NCBI GenBank assembly: GCA_016432465.1
Contig: CP066690.1
Location: 786,724-850,723, forward strand
Length of the DNA stretch: 64,000 bases
Source: Candidatus Sungiibacteriota bacterium
GTDB taxonomy: Bacteria > Patescibacteriota > Minisyncoccia > Sungbacterales > HO2-52-23
Reading direction: 5' to 3'
This document shows positions 47,646 through 57,831 of this stretch, one piece after another. Position 1 is the first letter of the stretch. Each line of letters opens with the position of its first letter. Below the pieces are notes generated by a model, which was not told the origin of the DNA, ran no database searches, and worked only from the letters and a program-made list of their open reading frames with translations. The position numbers and the translations under genes are program-made.

Positions 47646-48551
47646 ATGCCGCCAGAAATTTCCATTGTTGCTCCGATGCATAATGAAGAGGGTAATGCCC
47701 GGCCGCTTTACAATGCAATTAAGCAGACTATGGATAATCTTGGCCGCAGTTACGAGATAATTTTTGTTAATGATTTTTCCCGAGACAACACATTAAATAT
47801 TTTTAAAGAGATAAAGTCTCGTGATCCCAACTTTCATTACTGCGATCTTGAAGAAAATGCAGGAGAAAATTGGGCCATGCTGGCCGGTGTTTCCCGGGCG
47901 CAGGGAAAGATGGTAGTTACGATTGACGGCGATTTTCAAAATGATCCGCGCTACATACCTCTACTTTTAGATAAATTGAGTCAGGGCTACCGCGTAGTGA
48001 GCGGTTGGCGCAGAAATAGAATAGGAGGATTTTTTAGCAGAATCGCGCCTTCCGTAGCGGCCAACTTTCTTATTTCACTTATTTCCGGGGTGAGGGTGCA
48101 TGACTGCGGCTGTGGTCTTAAGGTCTATCGTAGGGAGGTTCTGGCGGGAAAGTTTGTGCCCAAGGGCTTTATGAATCGTTTTTCACCCGTTGTTTTCGGA
48201 GTAAAAAATCAGGAGTTTGCGGAGGTTGAAATTGAGGATCGGGTCAGGATCTATGGCCGGTCGCATTACGGCGCCAAGAGGATCTTGATAGTCTTTAACG
48301 ATCTTTTTGCCCTTCTTTTTATACTCCGCGGCTTCCGCAAGATGCGTCCTGTGGTTCTGACTCTGGCGTTGATATTTCCTGTTTTGGGACTTTTGGCCGC
48401 AACTTTGCTGCCTCCGCGTTCGTTACAATTTATAGTTCTTGTAGGCGCGGTCTTGCTCATGGAGACGGTTTTGGTAAGTATCTACTGGAATCTGGGCCGT
48501 TTTCTTGAAGCCGAAGTCCGCCCTCGTTTTAAAATTAAGGAGTTTGTATAA
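47646..48551 (+). CDS. GT2 polyprenol-phosphate sugar transferase (DPM1/ArnC/GtrB-like) with C-terminal TM helices
   Basis: ISIVAPMHNEEGN...IIFVNDFSRDNT, DGD motif, 2 C-terminal TM segments. Confidence 0.75.
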   Translation: MPPEISIVAPMHNEEGNARPLYNAIKQTMDNLGRSYEIIFVNDFSRDNTLNIFKEIKSRDPNFHYCDLEENAGENWAMLAGVSRAQGKMVVTIDGDFQNDPRYIPLLLDKLSQGYRVVSGWRRNRIGGFFSRIAPSVAANFLISLISGVRVHDCGCGLKVYRREVLAGKFVPKGFMNRFSPVVFGVKNQEFAEVEIEDRVRIYGRSHYGAKRILIVFNDLFALLFILRGFRKMRPVVLTLALIFPVLGLLAATLLPPRSLQFIVLVGAVLLMETVLVSIYWNLGRFLEAEVRPRFKIKEFV

Positions 48552-49579
48552 TGTCCGATCCACGGCATAAAATACGGCTGGGTCTGGTGGGACTTGGGTA
48601 TTGGGGGCCAAAACTTCTGCAGAAATTTTCCCGAATTGAGGCAGCGGAAGTAGTGCGGTTTTGCGAGAAGTCAGAAGATCTGCTGCGCGATTTTGCGGAG
48701 CGCTACCCCCTGCGCTACCCGCCCACCGTCTCTTTTGAGGAGTTAATTTCTAACGAATCATACCCGCTCGATGCCGTTATTGTTGTAACCCCGCCGGAAA
48801 CCCATGCTGCGCTTGTAGCACAGGCAATGCTACGGGGCTTGGACGTATTTGTGGAAAAGCCGCTGGCCACTAATTTGCAGGACGCGTTGTATCTCGCCAA
48901 GTTGGCACGGGAAAAGAACCGGGTACTTATGGTTGATCATACTTTTTGTTACGACCACGCCCTTCTTTATGTAAGAAATTTATTGTCAGATCGGAAGTTT
49001 GGTACTGCCGACTTTCAAGGAAGCGCGTTTGAATGGCTGGGCGCGCGGAAAAAGCCTCAAGGCCCCAGTATTCTTTGGGACTCCGGACCTCACGCCGTTG
49101 CCGCCATGTTATTTTTACTGAAGAAAACACCAGAGCGGATTAGCATGCGTGTCGTAGAAAATCTCTCCGAAAACATACCAGCAACGATGACCGGATATGC
49201 AGAGTTTACCGACGGGCATAAGGCAGAAATTCGTCTTGCTTGGCAAGACGGTGTATTGGATGGCAAGATCGTAGAAAAAGCAGCTCGGGTTGCCATTTTT
49301 GGGGATAGAAGAAAGGTTTTGTACGAAGGCACTTTTGGAAAGCGGGAGGTGCTGCTGCATCATGATTGGGACGGAGCAATACTCGCACCCGGACTCACCT
49401 ATGAGGATGAACCACTGCAGACCGTATGTGAAGAGTTTATTCGCGCCGTGGCTGAGGGCGGCTCCGCTTTTACGGACGGAGACTTTGGTGCCAAGGTCGT
49501 GGCCATTCTTGAGGCGGCAGAACGTTCCTGTATGCGGGAAGGAGAACCGATACCAATAGTTTTGCCCCAACTTTCTTAA
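48551..49579 (+). CDS. Gfo/Idh/MocA-family NAD(P)-dependent oxidoreductase
   Basis: IRLGLVGLGYWGPKLL Rossmann N-terminus; 342 aa. Confidence 0.7.
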   Translation: MSDPRHKIRLGLVGLGYWGPKLLQKFSRIEAAEVVRFCEKSEDLLRDFAERYPLRYPPTVSFEELISNESYPLDAVIVVTPPETHAALVAQAMLRGLDVFVEKPLATNLQDALYLAKLAREKNRVLMVDHTFCYDHALLYVRNLLSDRKFGTADFQGSAFEWLGARKKPQGPSILWDSGPHAVAAMLFLLKKTPERISMRVVENLSENIPATMTGYAEFTDGHKAEIRLAWQDGVLDGKIVEKAARVAIFGDRRKVLYEGTFGKREVLLHHDWDGAILAPGLTYEDEPLQTVCEEFIRAVAEGGSAFTDGDFGAKVVAILEAAERSCMREGEPIPIVLPQLS

Positions 49580-49614
49580 GCTACCGCCAGAAAAATTTTG
49601 GCGGTATTCTTTAA

Positions 49615-51330
49615 ATGATTCCTTTGTTGCGTAACAACTATATCCGATTTTTTATTTCCGCCGCTGTTGCAGCGGGCGTCTTTTATTTTTTATGGAAAGT
49701 GGTTTTACGTGAAGATTTATCGCTCCTTTCTTTTAATTTTGCTGTACGTTGGGGAATGGCGGCGCTGGTTCTAAACTTTGTACCGCTTCTGGTAAAAAGT
49801 ATACGATTTCATTATTTTTTACGCGGTCAAGTTCCCAAGGGGACAATTTTAGGCACGGCCGCGATCCATAGTTTTTGGAACTATCTGCTTCCCTTCCGGG
49901 TAGGTGAACTTTCCTACGTTTATCTCATAAAAAAAACCGGTAGAGTCAGTACCGCAGAAACCATAACTTCTCTGGTGGCCGGACGCATTTTTGATGTTTT
50001 TGTGGTCATGCTTTTATTAAGTATCGCATCTTTTTTACTGTTCACGCCGAACGTAGTAGGATCTTTAGCTATCCAGTTTTTGTGGGGAGGAGTTTTGGTT
50101 GGTCTGGTGGGAGCCCTGATTTTGGGTAAACAGGCGGATAAGCTGACGGCTTTTTTGGGGCGTAGATCCTTAAGGTTTCAGGAGAAAGGATTAAAAGTTT
50201 TTGCTAAAATTTTTACCAACTTCCGGGGGATAGTTACGGCCTTGGGAAGGCTCAATACTACCTCAAGCCTTGCCGTCTTTTTTATCCTTTCTATTTTTGT
50301 TTGGGTTAGCGACTTTATTTTTGTTTGGACGGCTTTGCGCGCTGCCGGGCTTGTACTGTCTCCCGCGTCAGCGATTTTTATTGCGGCTTTTCCGGTGATT
50401 GCCGGTCTTCTGCCCCTGCAAACACCCGTGGGAATTGGTACTTTTGAAGGAACAATGCTCGCGGGGTTTGCGCTACTGGGCATTACCGGCCCCCAAGCAG
50501 TTTCCGCCAGCATTATTCTGCACGCCGAGTTGGTTTTTTTCTCTTTTATTTATGCATTGCTGGGTTACTGGTTTTATGTGCGTCCGATACTGGCAAAAAA
50601 AATAAGCGATTCTCCTGAAAGCCACACCGAGTTTTATCAGGCCCTCCAGAGTCCGGCTGGTGATTTTAGAAACCGCAATTTAGCAGAGCTTCTTGTTTCT
50701 TATGCCAAAGGAAGTTCTTTGCTTGACGTCGGGTGCGGCTATGGACTTTTGTTGTTGTTGGCCAAGCAGCGTGGTTATCAGGCCGTAGGAATTGAGCCTG
50801 ATCCGAAAATACGGTTAGTAGGGGAAGAGGCGTTTGGTCGGTTAGAAATTTACCCGTCTGCTATTCGTGATTTTAATCCGCCCAAACTTTTTGATACGGT
50901 AACAATGATTGACGTTTTGGAGTGTTTGGAGCAGGACAAAGAAGCGCTGGCGCGCGTTGTTTCCTGGGTGAGTCCGGGGGGGCGTCTTGTCCTAGCCGTA
51001 CCCGCGCACCCCTTGCTTTTCGGGACACGGGATAAGATGTTGAAATATTTCAGACGTTATAGCAAAAAAGACCTCGTGCCAGTTTTGCAAAACCTCGGTT
51101 TTAATAAAATTTATACACGCCACTGGAACGTACTGGGAGTGTTACCCTACGCCGTTCTTTATAAATTGTTATCTTTTCGCTCGCACTTTGAAGGTTGGCG
51201 CGGAGGCGGCGCCAACGGCGTAGTCAGGACTCGGCTCTCGTCACTTCTGAACTTCTGGTTCAGACACGTAGAAAATCGTCTTAATGCGGGATTGGGCCTG
51301 ACGCTGATTGTGGTGGCAGAGAAGGAATAG
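49615..51330 (+). CDS. Fusion: N-terminal polytopic membrane domain (flippase-like/UPF0104-type) + C-terminal class I SAM methyltransferase
   Basis: About 8 TM helices, then LDVGCGYGLLLLLAKQRGYQAVGIEPD (motif I) and a VSPGGRLVL post-I motif. Confidence 0.5.
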   Translation: MIPLLRNNYIRFFISAAVAAGVFYFLWKVVLREDLSLLSFNFAVRWGMAALVLNFVPLLVKSIRFHYFLRGQVPKGTILGTAAIHSFWNYLLPFRVGELSYVYLIKKTGRVSTAETITSLVAGRIFDVFVVMLLLSIASFLLFTPNVVGSLAIQFLWGGVLVGLVGALILGKQADKLTAFLGRRSLRFQEKGLKVFAKIFTNFRGIVTALGRLNTTSSLAVFFILSIFVWVSDFIFVWTALRAAGLVLSPASAIFIAAFPVIAGLLPLQTPVGIGTFEGTMLAGFALLGITGPQAVSASIILHAELVFFSFIYALLGYWFYVRPILAKKISDSPESHTEFYQALQSPAGDFRNRNLAELLVSYAKGSSLLDVGCGYGLLLLLAKQRGYQAVGIEPDPKIRLVGEEAFGRLEIYPSAIRDFNPPKLFDTVTMIDVLECLEQDKEALARVVSWVSPGGRLVLAVPAHPLLFGTRDKMLKYFRRYSKKDLVPVLQNLGFNKIYTRHWNVLGVLPYAVLYKLLSFRSHFEGWRGGGANGVVRTRLSSLLNFWFRHVENRLNAGLGLTLIVVAEKE

Positions 51331-51345
51331 ACGTATTCCGGATTT

Positions 51346-51389
51346 ATCCCCCCACCTTCCCAGAATACTCCGCTGGGAAGGTGAGGGGA
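51346..51389. repeat. TIR element copy 5 (minimal: termini only, 44 bp)
   Basis: TCCCCCCACCTTCCCAG-AATACTCCG-CTGGGAAGGTGAGGGGA. Confidence 0.75.
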
Positions 51390-51428
51390 TTCATTGTCAC
51401 AGAACTACCGTCGTGTTAATCTTTAAAA

Positions 51429-53654
51429 ATGCAGCGAAACACTCTTGAGCGTACCGTAGTTTGGGTAGTCAAAATCGGGCTTTGGTTATTGCCGTTTTTG
51501 CCTCTTTATATTTCTTCAACCATGCTCTTCCCGTTTATTACCGGGAAGAATTTTGCTTTCAGGATTTTGGTTGAGGTCCTTTTTGCTTTTTGGGTTGGGC
51601 TGATGGTTGCCTGGCCTAAGTATCGTCCTCGGCTCACCCCGCTTTTAAAAGCGTCCACCATTTTTATTCTGATTGTTTTTTTAGCCGATCTTTTCAGCCC
51701 CAGCCCCTACCGAGCTTTCTTTTCTAACTACGAAAGGATGGAAGGGTTTATGATGGTTTTTCATCTCTGGCTTTATTTCCTGATGCTCTCCAACGTCTTT
51801 CGGACAAAGAAGGATTGGTTAGTTTTTTGGCACTCAACACTGGCCGCAAGCATTGTAGTCGGTTTTGTCGCGCTTATGCAAAAACTGGGATATCGCGTCT
51901 CTATCCAAGGGGGTTATCGCGTGGATTCCACCATTGGTAACCCGGCCTATCTTGCGGCGTATCTCTCCTTGAATGTCTGGATTATTTTTATGATGCTCCG
52001 GAGATTTTGGAGCAGGTGGTGGCTTCGTATTGTCTACACCGCGGCTTTGCTTTTTGAACTCATCATAATTTATTTCACCGCCACTCGCGGGGCGGCCGTT
52101 GCTTTTGCGCTAATAACGCCGTTGATGGCGCTGGCGGTAGTTATTTTCTGGCCGCGGCTTTTTCCTAATCGTATTTCTTGGCGTCCCTTGGCCGTTGCTG
52201 CTGTCCTGGTTTTCTTTGCTATTCCCGTTATATTCTGGCAGCTGCGTAACACCCACCTTATCCGTTCCAACCAAATTCTTAACCGCTTTGGTTCGATTTC
52301 CCTGCAGGATACAACTACGCAGGCCCGTTTTTCTATCTGGAAGATGTCACTTAGAGGAGTATTAGAGAGGCCGCTTTTTGGTTGGGGACAGGAAAATTAT
52401 TATCTTGTGTTTCAGAAATATTTTGATCCCAAGCTTTATTCCAGCGAGCCCTGGTTTGATCGTTCGCACAATGTGGTGCTGGATTGGCTAGTACATACAG
52501 GCGTCTTTGGTTTTGTTGCATTTTTTTCAATGCTGGGCGCGGCTTTCTGGGGTGTGGGGAGAGCTATACGAAGAGGCAGGATTGATGCCGGAGAAGGGAT
52601 ATTTTTGGGGGCTGCCTTGGGGAGTTACTTTATCCAAAACCTATTTGTTTTTGACAACCTAAATACCTATCTTCTTCTTTTCGCATTTTTTGCCTACACC
52701 AACTCTTTATATGAAGGTGAGCCAGAAGGGCGCCCCTCTTCTATACCCAACCCAAATTATGGACTGGCTATGGGCGGGGCGGCTTTGCTGCTGGTGTTAC
52801 TGCTTTTTTACCCGCTTCACTTCAAGCCCATTCGTCAGGCGCAGGCCCTCATTAGTGCCTTGAGGCTAAGTTACAGTAACGGCAATGCCGTTCAAATCAG
52901 GACCGCTTTTGAACAGGCGCTTTCCTATCAATCTTTTGGCACCACCGAGGTCAGGGAGCAGTTGGGAACTTTTGCGCGCGGAGTCCCCAATATCCAGCGT
53001 TTTACCGAGGATGAACAAAGAGGGTTTGTTAATTTTGCCGTGGAGGAACTTAAAAAAGAAATTTTAAAACCCAGCCGCGATGCTAAACACATGATTTTTA
53101 TCGCCTCTATACTAAATCAGGCGGCCCGCCTTAACCCCGCTTACGTTGATGAGGCAGTAACGATTATGCGGGAGGCCATCCGTCTTGCGCCCGCCAAACA
53201 AATTTTTTACTTTGAACTGGCCCAAGCGTATATTCTGCGCAAGGAATATGATCAAGCAATTGAAGTATTGCGTCAGGCCGTTCAGCTGGAACCCAATTAC
53301 GGGAAAGCAACCGGTAATCTCTTTGTTGTTGGTGCTCTGGCCGGACGTGCAGATATAATGAATGAGGCCTTCGGCAAGATTAATTTAAAAACTGCAGGAG
53401 AAGAAACGCTTAATACGGTTGGAAAAATTTATCGGAATTCCGGGGCGTATGAGCAGGCGAGGAAAGTTTATGAGCAGTTGGTAGAAATATCACCCGAAAA
53501 AGCTTCGTATCACGCAACACTGGCAGCTCTTTTGGGGGAGTTGGGAGAATATGAGTTGGCGAAAAAAGAAATTGGGCAGACCGTAGCGCTTGATCCCGCC
53601 GCCGGGGAAGAGGCCCGGGTGTTTCTCGAAATGTTGAAACAAAAAATGAGATAA
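51429..53654 (+). CDS. O-antigen ligase/Wzy-like polytopic membrane protein with C-terminal TPR repeats
   Basis: About 12 TM helices with a Wzy_C-like loop (FTATRGAAVAF), C-terminal ~250 aa of TPR-like repeats. Confidence 0.55.
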   Translation: MQRNTLERTVVWVVKIGLWLLPFLPLYISSTMLFPFITGKNFAFRILVEVLFAFWVGLMVAWPKYRPRLTPLLKASTIFILIVFLADLFSPSPYRAFFSNYERMEGFMMVFHLWLYFLMLSNVFRTKKDWLVFWHSTLAASIVVGFVALMQKLGYRVSIQGGYRVDSTIGNPAYLAAYLSLNVWIIFMMLRRFWSRWWLRIVYTAALLFELIIIYFTATRGAAVAFALITPLMALAVVIFWPRLFPNRISWRPLAVAAVLVFFAIPVIFWQLRNTHLIRSNQILNRFGSISLQDTTTQARFSIWKMSLRGVLERPLFGWGQENYYLVFQKYFDPKLYSSEPWFDRSHNVVLDWLVHTGVFGFVAFFSMLGAAFWGVGRAIRRGRIDAGEGIFLGAALGSYFIQNLFVFDNLNTYLLLFAFFAYTNSLYEGEPEGRPSSIPNPNYGLAMGGAALLLVLLLFYPLHFKPIRQAQALISALRLSYSNGNAVQIRTAFEQALSYQSFGTTEVREQLGTFARGVPNIQRFTEDEQRGFVNFAVEELKKEILKPSRDAKHMIFIASILNQAARLNPAYVDEAVTIMREAIRLAPAKQIFYFELAQAYILRKEYDQAIEVLRQAVQLEPNYGKATGNLFVVGALAGRADIMNEAFGKINLKTAGEETLNTVGKIYRNSGAYEQARKVYEQLVEISPEKASYHATLAALLGELGEYELAKKEIGQTVALDPAAGEEARVFLEMLKQKMR

Positions 53655-53693
53655 TTGGTAACCACCAGCGCCCCTAGCTCGTTTTATTATGTG

Positions 53694-54620
53694 ATGGCAC
53701 AGGAAAGACTTAAAATTGGGATTATAGGGGTGGGAATGGTGGGGACACCGCTTAAACGCTATTTTGAAGAACGACAGGGTTACCAGAGGGGCGAGACCAT
53801 TTTTCTTTACGACATAGACCCCAAGAAGGGCTATTTTGATGACATCAACAGGGCTGATGTTATTTTTATTTCTGTTCCTACACCCCGTTCCCCGGATGGA
53901 TCGGCCAATGTTTCGGCCGTTGCCTCTGCCTTGGAGATGATTCAGGGAAATAAAATCGCAGTGATTAAATCAACGGTGCCTCCCGGCACCACCGAGTTTT
54001 TTCAAAAAAAATATCCACAGCACAAAGTTTTATTTAACCCGGAATTTCTTACCGAGAAGCACGCTTGGGAAGATTTTATAAAACCGGATCGCCAGATTGT
54101 GGGTTTTACGGATCAGAGTCTTGATGCCGCGCATTTTGTGCTTTCGCTTCTCCCCAAGGCCCCTTTTATGTCGCCGTGGGGCCTTAATACTTACCGCCCC
54201 ATCAAGATTACCGCCACCGAAGCGGAGATTATTAAATACGGCGGCAACATTCATTTTGCCCGCAAGGTCAATTTGGCTAACGTCCTGGCTTTGTTTACCG
54301 AAAAACTCGGAGCAAATTATGAAAATGTGCGGGTGGGGTTGGCTGCAGATTTTAGAATAGGGGATTCGCATCTTGACGTGATCCATGGCGGCTATAAGGG
54401 GTTCGGGGGTTTTTGTTTCCCAAAGGATCTAGATGCTTTTGTGGCGCATTTGGGATCTCATGGTCTTAAGGAAGCGGCGGAACTTTTGCGTAGTGATCGC
54501 GCCTTTAACGAAAAACTTTTGGCGGGGCAGGGGCTGACACTGGAAGATGTATCAGTGCACGACCATGAATGGATACATAACAAATTAAAAACGAAAAGTG
54601 AAAAAGGCAAAACGGAGTAG
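53694..54620 (+). CDS. UDP-glucose/GDP-mannose dehydrogenase-family nucleotide-sugar dehydrogenase (short form)
   Basis: LKIGIIGVGMVGTP N-terminus, NPEFLTEKHAWEDFIKPDRQIVG family motif, catalytic Cys in GGFCFPKD. Confidence 0.6.
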   Translation: MAQERLKIGIIGVGMVGTPLKRYFEERQGYQRGETIFLYDIDPKKGYFDDINRADVIFISVPTPRSPDGSANVSAVASALEMIQGNKIAVIKSTVPPGTTEFFQKKYPQHKVLFNPEFLTEKHAWEDFIKPDRQIVGFTDQSLDAAHFVLSLLPKAPFMSPWGLNTYRPIKITATEAEIIKYGGNIHFARKVNLANVLALFTEKLGANYENVRVGLAADFRIGDSHLDVIHGGYKGFGGFCFPKDLDAFVAHLGSHGLKEAAELLRSDRAFNEKLLAGQGLTLEDVSVHDHEWIHNKLKTKSEKGKTE

Positions 54621-55512
54621 TAAGCCTAGAATACTTCTGACCGGGGGTTCGGGCTACATTGGATCAGAAATTAGAAAGCGCTTGGGTGAGCGTTTTCATT
54701 TTATCAATATGGATATTAAGTCAGGCCGCCGGGATGACGTACGAAATTTTAAACGTCTTCGGCGTGCCGTACGCAGTGTAGACGGTGTTTTGCACTTGGC
54801 GGCCGTTTCCCGCCCCAAATGGGGGTACCAGGATCCCTACCATTGTCTTATCACCAACGTGGTGGGCACCATTAATGTTTTGGAAGCAGTACGGTTGATA
54901 AACCCCCGTGCTTGGATCATTTTAGCTTCCAGTCGGGAGGTTTTTGGAAATTTGGCCAAATTTCCCGCAACCGAAAAAAGCCCGCGCAACCCTCTTAATG
55001 CTTATGCTGTCTCTAAAGTTTGCGGTGAAGACCTGCAGCGGCAATACGCAAAAAATTATGGACTGCGGTGCCTTACGCTGCGTTTTTGCGGAGTATATAC
55101 CGGACGCAGAGATATTCTGGACCGCGTTATCCCGCACTTTATTTTGCAGGCGTTAAAGAGTCGTCCCCTTATTATTGAAGGCAGCGGCAGACAAAAGGGT
55201 GACTATGTTTATATAGATGATGCCGTAGAAGGAGTGAGACGCGCGATTCACCACGTTTCTTCCAAGCGGACCGGATTTTATGATCATATTACTCTAGCCG
55301 CCCAAAACCCGATTACTCTCACCGATCTTGCCCGGATGATCATAAAGCTCGCGGGCAGCAAAAGTTCTGTTATCCATGCTCCACCCAGAAGTTATGATCA
55401 GCAGGGATTTTGGGGCACGTTCAAAAAAGCATATCGTCTTCTGGGCTGGAGGCCGCGGGTTTCTCTCCCTGCGGGATTGCGCCGCTCTATTAAGGAACTA
55501 CGAAAATTATGA
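54598..55512 (+). CDS. NAD-dependent epimerase/dehydratase (SDR extended family)
   Basis: ILLTGGSGYIGSEI, YAVSK catalytic motif. Confidence 0.7.
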   Translation: MKKAKRSSKPRILLTGGSGYIGSEIRKRLGERFHFINMDIKSGRRDDVRNFKRLRRAVRSVDGVLHLAAVSRPKWGYQDPYHCLITNVVGTINVLEAVRLINPRAWIILASSREVFGNLAKFPATEKSPRNPLNAYAVSKVCGEDLQRQYAKNYGLRCLTLRFCGVYTGRRDILDRVIPHFILQALKSRPLIIEGSGRQKGDYVYIDDAVEGVRRAIHHVSSKRTGFYDHITLAAQNPITLTDLARMIIKLAGSKSSVIHAPPRSYDQQGFWGTFKKAYRLLGWRPRVSLPAGLRRSIKELRKL

Positions 55513-56420
55513 GTACAATAAAAGTAATAGTAACCGGAGGGGCGGGCTTTATTGGTTCGCATCTGGTTGATGCTCTGATTGAGAAAGGATATGAAGTTTA
55601 TGCTCTGGACACGTTTCTAGCGGGGAAACGTGAACACTTAAATCCGGCTGCGATATTGCACGAGGCCGATATTCGTGATTTTGATAATTTGGTAAAAATT
55701 TTTCAGGGCGCGCGCTATGTTTTTCATACTGCAGCTCTGCCTCGGGTACAGCCTTCAATTCAGGATCCGCGCACCACCCATGATATAAATGTAAACGGGA
55801 CCTTAAATGTTTTGGTGGCAGCGCGGGATGCGGGGATAAAGAGGGTGATTTATTCTGCTTCTTCTTCCGCCTACGGCAATCAGGAAAAACTTCCGCTGCG
55901 GGAAGACATGGGGGCCTGTCCCTTAAGTCCTTACGGAATGCAAAAATATATAGGGGAGCTTTATTGTAGGCTTTTTTCGGAAATCTATGCTTTGGAGACT
56001 GTGGCTCTTCGTTATTTTAATGTTTATGGTCCTCGTGCTTCCACCCAAGGGGCTTATGCCTTAGTGATTGGAAGATTTTTGGAGCAAAGAAAACAGGGAG
56101 AGTCCCTGACTATAGTTCCAGATGGCATGCAGTCGCGAGATTTTACACATGTACGGGATGTGGTGCGTGCGAATATCTTGGCTGCCGAATCCCCAAAGGT
56201 CGGCAGGGGCGAAACCATTAACATTGGGGGAGGAAAAGATCGAACAGTACTTGAGATCGCAGACCTCATAGGGGGTCCGAGAGTTTTTATTGAGCCCCGG
56301 CTTGAGCCCAAACACACGTTAGCAGATATTACTAAAGCCCGGGAACTTCTGGGTTGGAGTCCGGAGGTAAACTTTGAAGATGGAATTCAGGAGCTGAAGA
56401 ATTTATACGGCATTAGATAA
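55509..56420 (+). CDS. NAD-dependent nucleotide-sugar epimerase/dehydratase
   Basis: IVTGGAGFIGSHL, YGMQKY catalytic YxxxK. Confidence 0.75.
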   Translation: MSTIKVIVTGGAGFIGSHLVDALIEKGYEVYALDTFLAGKREHLNPAAILHEADIRDFDNLVKIFQGARYVFHTAALPRVQPSIQDPRTTHDINVNGTLNVLVAARDAGIKRVIYSASSSAYGNQEKLPLREDMGACPLSPYGMQKYIGELYCRLFSEIYALETVALRYFNVYGPRASTQGAYALVIGRFLEQRKQGESLTIVPDGMQSRDFTHVRDVVRANILAAESPKVGRGETINIGGGKDRTVLEIADLIGGPRVFIEPRLEPKHTLADITKARELLGWSPEVNFEDGIQELKNLYGIR

Positions 56421-56454
56421 CTAAAATCCCCCGATGGTAATCGGGGGATTTTAG

Positions 56455-57831
56455 TTATCTTCCCGTCCGATGCAGAAGGGCAAATAGAGTTTTTATAATT
56501 ATAAGAAAATCAAGCAGAGCCGATCGATTTTTAGTATAATAAAGGTCATACTGCATCTTTTCCGGCGCATCTTCCACCGAAGCGTCATTCTCCATATTAA
56601 CCTGCGCCCAGCCGGTAAGCCCCGGTGGGATCAGAAGTCTCATCTCGTAGAATGGGATTTTTTGTTTAAGCTCGGCAACGTAATGGGGGCGTTCCGGCCG
56701 CGGCCCCACAAAGGACATCTCACCCTTTAGGATATTTATAATTTGGGGAAGTTCATCCAGATAACTTTTTCTAAGAAACCTGCCGGTACGGGTGTGGCGC
56801 GGGTCACGACCGGCCTCTTTTTGACCGCTAAGGTTTTCCGCGTCTTTTACCATAGAGCGGTATTTTATCAGCCAGAAGTCTTTTCCGTGCCGTCCCACCC
56901 TCTTTTGACGGTAAAAAGTCGGTCCCTCCGAATCAAGCTTTATGGCCAGGGCAATAAATGGTAAGAGGAGTAGAGTCGGAATGCCGAGCAGAGTGGCCAG
57001 CGCCACGTCCCCGATTCTTTTGAAAAATTCGTAAAACTTTTTTCGGATGCCGATAAGGTTTTCCAAAAACCAAACCTCTCCGATTAAGGAAAGAGGAATT
57101 TTCCCGGTAAGCATTTCATGATACTGGGGAAATTCAGCCACCGATATCCCCAGCGGTATTACCTGAAAGAGAAGTCTAACCAAGGTTTTATTTCCTTTAA
57201 GATCGCTGGTTATGACAATGGTATCAGCGCCGGTATCACGCAGAATATGATCCAGATTTTGATTAAATTGATAGTGGGGAAGGGGAAGGATATCTGGATC
57301 GTTTCGGGACTCACCGTTAGAGACAAAAGCCACTGGCCGCTGTCCCAATTGAGGGTTTTTAAGAAGGAAGTCCGCCAGTTCCACCATTTCCCGGTTTACT
57401 CCAAAAAAAATAACGCGCGGAGCATGGGTACGGATGATGATGAGATTAAAAAGATAGCGCCAAAGGAAAATATAGATGGTGGCAATTCCCGTGATAAGAA
57501 AGAGATTACGCCGCGGTTCTATTTCAAATATGGGGATAAGATAAAGCACTAGAATCGTGACTACGGCGTTGGTGGCCATGACGCGCAGCAGCCGGTACAA
57601 AAAGACCTTACTATTTTTCATAAAGCGCAGGTCATAGAATCCGAATGCCCCGAATATTACGAGCCAGAGGAGAAAAATTATAGAGAAGGGAAGGAGATGT
57701 CGCTTAACCAATAGGGTATCAAGTTCATAATATTGCCGTAAAAAAAGAGCGCCGAACAGCGCGGCATAAAAAAGGATCAGGTCGCCCAAGATGAGTAAGG
57801 AGACTTTTAAAGAGTGTCCCCGTTTAAGCAT
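56455..57831 (-). CDS. Polyprenyl-phosphate hexose-1-phosphate transferase (WbaP/bacterial sugar transferase family), initiating glycosyltransferase
   Basis: C-terminal FKRIGDVALATLLGIPTLLLLPFIALAIKLDSEGPTFYRQKRVGRHGKDFWLIKYRSM signature, N-terminal TM helices. Confidence 0.75.
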   Translation of the reverse strand: MLKRGHSLKVSLLILGDLILFYAALFGALFLRQYYELDTLLVKRHLLPFSIIFLLWLVIFGAFGFYDLRFMKNSKVFLYRLLRVMATNAVVTILVLYLIPIFEIEPRRNLFLITGIATIYIFLWRYLFNLIIIRTHAPRVIFFGVNREMVELADFLLKNPQLGQRPVAFVSNGESRNDPDILPLPHYQFNQNLDHILRDTGADTIVITSDLKGNKTLVRLLFQVIPLGISVAEFPQYHEMLTGKIPLSLIGEVWFLENLIGIRKKFYEFFKRIGDVALATLLGIPTLLLLPFIALAIKLDSEGPTFYRQKRVGRHGKDFWLIKYRSMVKDAENLSGQKEAGRDPRHTRTGRFLRKSYLDELPQIINILKGEMSFVGPRPERPHYVAELKQKIPFYEMRLLIPPGLTGWAQVNMENDASVEDAPEKMQYDLYYTKNRSALLDFLIIIKTLFALLHRTGR

